DNA of 64,000 nt from Carcharhinus amblyrhynchos (lineage: Eukaryota), in NCBI GenBank assembly GCA_965287045.1, contig OZ336886.1, positions 2,976,001 to 3,040,000 on the forward strand, written 5' to 3'. Made by a program: the position numbers and the translations under genes. A model generated the notes under the pieces. That model was not told the origin of the DNA and did not search any database. It was given only the letters and a program-made list of their open reading frames with translations. Within the stretch, counting starts at the first letter, position 1; each line of letters opens with the position of its first letter. This document shows positions 61,060-64,000 of this stretch, one piece after another.

Positions 61060-61556
61060 TAAGGTTGAAAGAGTGCAGAGAAGGTTTACAATGATGTTGC
61101 TGGGACTTCAGAAACTGAGTTACAGAGAAAGGTTGAATAGGTTAGGACTTTATTTCCTGGGGCACAGAAGAATGAGGGGAGATTTGATAGAGGTGTATAA
61201 AATTATGATGGGTATAGATAGAGTGAACGTAAGCAGCTTTTTCCACTGAGGCTAGGGGAGAAAAAAAATAGAGGACATGGGTTAAGGGTGAAGGGGGAAA
61301 AGTTTAAAGGGAATATTGGGGGGGGGGTCTTCACACACAGAGTGGCGTGAGTGTGGAATGGGCTGCCAAATGGAGTGGTAAATGCGGGCTCACTTTTAAC
61401 ATTTAAGAAAAACTCAGACAGGTATATGGATGAGAGGGGTGTGGAGGGATATGGTCCAGGTGCAGGTCAGTGGGACGAGGCAGAAAAATGGTTTGGCACA
61501 GCCAAAAAGGGCCAAAAGGCCTGTTTCTGTGCTGTAGTGTTCTATAATTCTATGAT
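61060..61556 (+). mobile_element. CR1 3' fragment
   Basis: ERVQRRFT...RRMRGDLIEVYKIM; TTCTATGA tail. Confidence 0.88.
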
Positions 61557-62749
61557 TCATTGTCGATTGTCAGAAAAACCCAAATGGTTCACTCGTGTTG
61601 TTTAGGGAAAGAAATCTGCCATCCTAAACTGGTCTGGCCTACATGTGACTCTAGAGGCGCTGCAATGTGGTTGACTCTCAACTACCCTCAGGCAAATAAG
61701 GATGGGCGATAAATACTGGCCAGCCAGCGACGCCCATGTCTCACGAATGAATAAAGAAGAATGGTGCAAGTCCTACATTCTGCTTGCTTAGGCCACCCAC
61801 AACACCCTCAGAAAACAGTTCAGGCCAGTATTCCTATTTCCCCATTTTACTATATATTCCTTCTGCGTGTTACAGTGTGTCAGCTGTTGTCTCACATTTC
61901 TCCCAGGGGCCACACCATATGCTCACTCCCACCCAATCCCCAACCCTGTTATATTCAACACATAATCAGGAACAGGTTTTCCAGTAGGCCCGTTCACAGC
62001 ACGCACTGCAAGATGTACTGGTTGCTCTCAAATTGCATAAAGAATGATTACAGGCACTCAGCAATGTTAATAACATTGTCAATATGTGAACATACAAAAA
62101 CACAGACAGGAAAGACTGTTTGGCCTACACTTGTCCAAAAAACCCACCGCTTTACAGCCTTATTCATCATAAAACTCAATGGACTCTCCTGTCCCCATTT
62201 CCTTTCTTCGTATAATCACTGCTCTGAACTTTGACTATATCACCGCCTCCTCATACTCACCACTTTACAAACATCACTTTCCCACAACCCACCTCTTACA
62301 CACTGCCTATCAGCTACTCCATCAAGACAGGCACGTAGTGAAGACACAAGATACAGACTATCTCTTATGAAGAGATATAGATGTGAAGAAATGCCAAACA
62401 AACAAACTCAGTTGAAACTGGAAATGGGAAGATTCGTGTTGGATTCATTCCTATTTCAGACTTCTTTGAATTTTACTCTGACAATTCCAACTCATCACTT
62501 TTGGAAGTTAAAATTCAGCTCTTTGTTTCTGAGTAAGATTGAAGCTGGATAACTGCACTCTGAATATTTCCACTGACACTGTTTCCTTCTCCCTTTCCCT
62601 CCTCACTCCACTGGAAGCTACTCCTGCTTTCTGTGGATCCCCTGTCCTCCAGACCTGAAGGCAGCCCAATAGACCACTCTTGACTTCAGCCACACTATCT
62701 GTGATACAGTCAACAAACATGCAACAGCAACAAAATATTCCTCTGCATA

Positions 62750-63168
62750 GACCGCAAGAAACTAAAAACGTTTGTGAATGTTGCCCAGTCCATCGCGCAA
62801 TCCAGCCACCCATCCATTGACTCTGTCTACACTCCCCGCTGCCTCGGCAAAGCAGCCAGCATAATTATGGACCCAGGCACCCCAGACATTCTCTCTTCCA
62901 CCTTCTCCCGTCTGGAAGAAGACACTAAAGTCTGAGGTCACGTACCAACCAACTCAAGAACAGCTTCTTCCCTGCCTCCATCAGATCTTTGAATGGACCT
63001 ACCTTGCATTAAGCTGATCTTTCTCTACATCCTAGGCTATGACTGTAACACTACATTCTGCACCCTCTCCTTTCCTTCTCTATGAACAGTATGCTTTGTC
63101 TGTATAGCGTTCAAGAAACAATACCCTTCACTGTATACGAATACATGTGACAATAACAAATCAAATCA
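62750..63168 (+). mobile_element. Rex1/Babar 3' end
   Basis: Closely similar to 41880-42302. Confidence 0.85.
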
Positions 63169-63611
63169 TATTAGCTTGAACTTTCTTTAAAACACATCAA
63201 AAGCTGTTCCAAAGTTAACATGCAACATGAAATTGGAGCTGGTGGTATCCCAAGGGGTAGGAAAAGGCAGAGAATGTAGGAGTCCTCCAGGAACTGATTT
63301 CCACTGTTGAGTAACGAAGAAGGTGACCTTGCAGCATGCTGTCCATCCATCCAAGGCAAGGCAGGACAAATGATGACATGGGAACACAGCAAAGCACAGA
63401 AACACAATGCTCATAAGGGTTTTGATAGTCAGGTTACAGGCAGAGGTTTCTTCAACTGCTGGCGTGAATCTACACAAAGAACCATCGAATCCCCCCGGTG
63501 CGGAAAGAGGCCGTTGAGAATGGACTGATTCGCCAAAACATCATCCCACCCAGACCTCCCCCCTCCCCCCCCACTCCCTGTCCATCCTATCCCCCTAAAC
63601 TTGCACTGTTA

Positions 63612-63916
63612 CCATGGCCAATCCATCTAACCTGCACATCTTTGGGACACTATGGGGCAATTTAGCATCACCAATCCATCTAACCTGCACACCTTTGGGA
63701 CACTATGGGGCAATTTAGCACCACCAATCCATCTAACCTGCACACCTTTGGGACACTATGGGGCAATTTAGCACCACCAATCCATCTAACCTGCACACCT
63801 TTGGGACACTATGGGGCAATTTAGCATCACCAATCCATCTAACCTGCACACCTTTGGGACACTATGGGGCAATTTAGCATCACCAATCCATCTAACCTGT
63901 ACACCTTTGGACTGTG
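63612..63916 (-). repeat. 53-bp minisatellite (about 5.6 copies) inside an HE1-type SINE (about 63480-63916)
   Basis: CCAATCC recurs at 63618, 63671, 63724, 63777, 63830 and 63883. Confidence 0.92.
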
Positions 63917-64000
63917 CTTCCTTAATGATAGAAAAATAAAGGACATATCTGAGAGGTACTGGACATTTTCAGGATGTGAGGCTGATTCTGCCGTTAAAAC

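Noticed and set aside
62508-62750. Possible extra MYPN exon upstream of the Ig1 exon
   Set aside because: No similarity to the family and no convincing donor in the required phase.
63612-63916. CRISPR-like regularly spaced repeats
   Set aside because: Units are contiguous with no unique spacers, derive from a SINE, and sit in a eukaryotic intron.

Overview
Vertebrate (elasmobranch/shark-type) genomic DNA, mostly repeat-rich intron. Eight internal coding exons of a myopalladin (MYPN) gene lie on the minus strand: 59827-60002, 52039-52090, 50439-50556, 48020-48091, 38130-38271, 32038-32061, 18966-19082 and 11035-11362. All have GT-AG boundaries and matching phases, and they join into one 1029-nt frame covering most of Ig1, the linker, Ig2 and the KPKLEGVLVNH/RVHF/KEPPP segment. 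The gene starts and ends outside the window. The introns contain HE1-type tRNA-derived SINEs, CR1, Rex1/Babar, RTE and L2/CR1-group LINE fragments, a decayed Gypsy element, Harbinger remnants and a solo LTR. The most notable unannotated structure is two families of Penelope-like element (PLE) termini. They carry minimal hammerhead-ribozyme motifs (CUGANGA-A-stemII-GAAA plus a palindromic AGCU or ACGU) and occur as short foldback insertions with a 34-40 nt one-sided tail and 10-14 bp target-site duplications. Repeat boundaries were read by eye and are approximate; no database searches were run.
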